Positions 61,865 to 64,000 of a DNA stretch of 64,000 nucleotides are shown here, in pieces. Below the pieces are notes generated by a model, which was not told the DNA's origin, ran no database searches, and worked only from the letters and a program-made list of their open reading frames with translations. The DNA lies in contig CAVYHV010000022.1 in NCBI GenBank assembly GCA_963768425.1, positions 32,001 through 96,000 on the forward strand. Reading direction: 5' to 3'. The translations under genes were made by a program, and so were the position numbers. This stretch comes from Candidatus Bathyarchaeota archaeon. GTDB lineage: Archaea > Thermoproteota > Bathyarchaeia > Bathyarchaeales > Bathycorpusculaceae. How positions within the stretch are numbered: position 1 is the stretch's first letter; the number at the start of each line of letters is the position of its first letter.

Positions 61865-62575
61865 TCACAATTGTTTTCCGCAATTAGGGCAGAAAACTGC
61901 GTCTTGTTTTACTTGCGCGCCGCAGTAGGAGCAGTATCGTGGTGTTTGAGTTAGCGGTGCTGCAGAGGCTGTGCTGGGCGGTGACGTGTAACTGTATTGT
62001 GGTGGAGCGTTGGATTTCTGTTGTGTTGATTTCATGGCGAAGAAGCCAATTACTGCAAATATCCAAGCGATGAATATCAGAATGAAGCCAAAACCCGCTA
62101 TTATCGTCAGTATGGATCCCCACCAAAGTAATGTTGCGGTTGTTGCAAACGAGTGTTCTCCTGATTTCTGCGCGAGCGTATTGAAGGTTTGTCTTAAGTG
62201 CACTGCTGCAAGAACGTAGAATATGAAAGCAATAACAATCCCGCCTAAGAAGACTGCCAATCCGATTCCGAAGCCTGCCGTCAGTGTAAAGCTTGAATTA
62301 AATTTGAAGCCTGTTGCGCTTCCAACGCCGACCACTATTGCCGTAATGGCTACTGCCGCAGCTATCAAAGCGACTACATAGAATTTGACCCCGGTCAATG
62401 CGTTCTGGTAGATTTCGTGGTCCTGATAGTAATTTGCAATTTCCTTGAGTCCCCTCAGAAGCAATATTACCCCGATGATTCCCAATACCCATCCGACGTA
62501 AGGAACCAAACCCAGTATAAGCAGGATTGATCCTTCGCCGCATAATGTTTTGCTGTATTCAAAACTTGTACCCAT
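61865..62575 (-). CDS. DUF996-like membrane protein with C-terminal zinc ribbon
   Basis: G.VLGIIG..L.L.GLK.IA.YY....IY, F.T...L..WG.ILT, AWI.A.IGFF, CSYCG...FCPNCG. Confidence 0.8.
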   Translation of the reverse strand: MGTSFEYSKTLCGEGSILLILGLVPYVGWVLGIIGVILLLRGLKEIANYYQDHEIYQNALTGVKFYVVALIAAAVAITAIVVGVGSATGFKFNSSFTLTAGFGIGLAVFLGGIVIAFIFYVLAAVHLRQTFNTLAQKSGEHSFATTATLLWWGSILTIIAGFGFILIFIAWIFAVIGFFAMKSTQQKSNAPPQYSYTSPPSTASAAPLTQTPRYCSYCGAQVKQDAVFCPNCGKQL

Positions 62576-62638
62576 TTTGTTTTTTCCTCCTAAATTTTTT
62601 GTTTCTTGGAAAGCATACAAGTGGCCGGCGGGTTATAG

Positions 62639-62695
62639 CCCTAACATTTAGAGTTGCTACCCTAACACTTAGAGCAACGCCTCTAAGAGTTAGAG
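62639..62695. promoter_or_regulatory. Three C(C/T)CTAA-N3-TTAGAG palindromic boxes at 21-bp period
   Basis: CCCTAACATTTAGAG (62639), CCCTAACACTTAGAG (62660), CTCTAAGAGTTAGAG (62681). Confidence 0.75.
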
Positions 62696-62798
62696 TCATA
62701 AGCAAACCAGCAGACTATAGTGAAATCATGGAAAGAAAAGAGGGCTACAGAGCTTCGTTTATCTTCCCGTTATCAATTAGCTGGAGCAGTGTCTGTAA

Positions 62799-63275
62799 GT
62801 GTCAAAGCCACGTGGAATAAGCGCTGATATTCAATCGCCAAGAACAAAGCTACTGTACTTCATCTACTCTGCCCCAAACAACAGAATCAGGGCTGAACCA
62901 GGCGTCAAATCAAGCATCAGCTCAGCGTTGGGTTACAAGTCAGACGGCCACTTCCACTATGACTGGAACTACCTGTTGACAGCGGGGATGATTGAGGAAC
63001 AACACGGGTTTTACGTTGTGACGGAAGATGGAAAAAAAGAGTTCGCCCTGCACGCAACTGCCGCCAGAAGCAACTCGACAATGATTCTTATCGGAATTGC
63101 AATAATTGTTTTCACCTTTGGACTTGAACTGAAACTTGTTCCCGTGCTAAGCGTTACATTCTTCGGCGCAGCGTTAATCGTAATAGGGTCTTTATTTTTG
63201 GTTGTAAGCCGAAGAAACAAGCCGAAACTGGTACCTGAAGCCAAGGCGCTACTCAAAGAGCTAAATCACCATTAA
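62799..63275 (+). CDS. Winged-helix-like protein with two C-terminal TM helices
   Basis: KLLYFIY...L..AGMIEE..GFYVVTEDGK wHTH wing followed by two hydrophobic segments. Confidence 0.65.
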   Translation: MSKPRGISADIQSPRTKLLYFIYSAPNNRIRAEPGVKSSISSALGYKSDGHFHYDWNYLLTAGMIEEQHGFYVVTEDGKKEFALHATAARSNSTMILIGIAIIVFTFGLELKLVPVLSVTFFGAALIVIGSLFLVVSRRNKPKLVPEAKALLKELNHH

Positions 63276-63332
63276 AGTGCAAAAAAAGCGCCCGGTCAGC
63301 ATCGTTTCTCAAAAGAATTAGCGCTCGTAAGT

Positions 63333-64000
63333 CTACAAGACATTTTTTAGTAAGGGTATTCTGCGGAAAACAAAGTGTGTCGCTGCAAAGCACAATGGAA
63401 CGCAGATGAGGCAGAGAAGAAGCCATTTTGCGACTGGGTACAACACAAGCGGGCTAAGCAACAATGTAGCCGGGATAATGATCATTGGATGAAACAGGTA
63501 AACGGCAAACGAGTTATCCGACAGTGCCTTTACCAACCTGCTTTAGCTGTTAAATTTTTCCCTGAAGACAGCAATCAACCCAAAGCTCATGGCAACTGCC
63601 ACAAAGGACTCCCACGTCGAAAATGCCGCGCTCTGCCATGTCAACCCTCCCTCCAATGCAGCGGTGGTTCCGGTCGCAGTAGCTACTGCCACAATTACAA
63701 ACCAAACAAGGAAGCCCAAAGCGATGGCGCCGATTACCAATCTTTTTCCACCTCGATAGCTAATCTTTGCGAACAGATTGTTTCTGTAAGCCAATACACC
63801 TATGATGAAAAGTGCGATGTATGAGGCGAAGTAGCAAAGCTGAAAGTTCAAGATGTCTGTGCCGATCGGTTGGACGATTCTAATCAAGAAAGCAAAGACG
63901 GCAATAATCAGGGCAAGGCTAACTGCCACTCCCAATGTCGGCTTGAGCTGTTTCCAGCCGGAAGCGGGAGCGGACCTACGGGATCCCAATCGCACCAACC
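63333..64000 (-). CDS. Acyltransferase-3 (OpgC/OafA-like) membrane protein, 3' part; frameshift near 63540
   Basis: FASYIALFIIG, ESFVAVAMSFGL..FREKFN, LSDNSFAVYLFHP, RRIP. Confidence 0.8.

Noticed and set aside
62527-62820. 97-aa ORF containing ALTFRVATLTLRATPLRVR repeats
   Set aside because: Overlaps both flanking genes; the repeat is better explained as DNA palindromes.

Overview
Archaeal genomic window. The gene content (archaeal-type CODH/ACS cdhABCDE, F420 cof genes, deoxyhypusine synthases, an intron-containing tRNA) fits Bathyarchaeia or a similar TACK lineage; this is an inference. Left to right: (1) a polyphosphate locus with ppk1, ppx, ppk2, two paralogous CHAD + metallophosphoesterase + HD fusion genes and a GIY-YIG-like gene, ending at a tRNA-Gly(CCC) with a non-canonical 29-nt intron; (2) purM-purS-purL-purQ converging on purF-purD-[HAD]-[Ftr-like]-[PfkB kinase]; (3) cdhABCDE plus two cooC; (4) a copper/redox accessory region (copA, YHS, Cys-tailed Lrp, NifX-like, OsmC, flavodoxin, thioredoxin, ferredoxins, P3A ATPase); (5) frhB-like, metF-like, cofE, SCP2, cofC; (6) a GCS2/RLAN/RimK amidoligase module, two deoxyhypusine synthase paralogues, an HDAC-family gene, argS and membrane proteins. 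Best candidate for an undescribed system: an EhaR/EhaS/EhaT-like triad (phosphatase, formyltransferase, kinase) translationally coupled to purD, exactly where the missing GAR formyltransferase step (PurN/PurT) belongs. Other highlights are the CHAD-MPP-HD candidate polyphosphatases, an 8x GACTC array at exact 10-bp spacing, and phased palindromic operators. Many single-base frameshifts, including in purQ and cdhA, look like assembly errors. All assignments come from motif recognition by eye; no searches were run.
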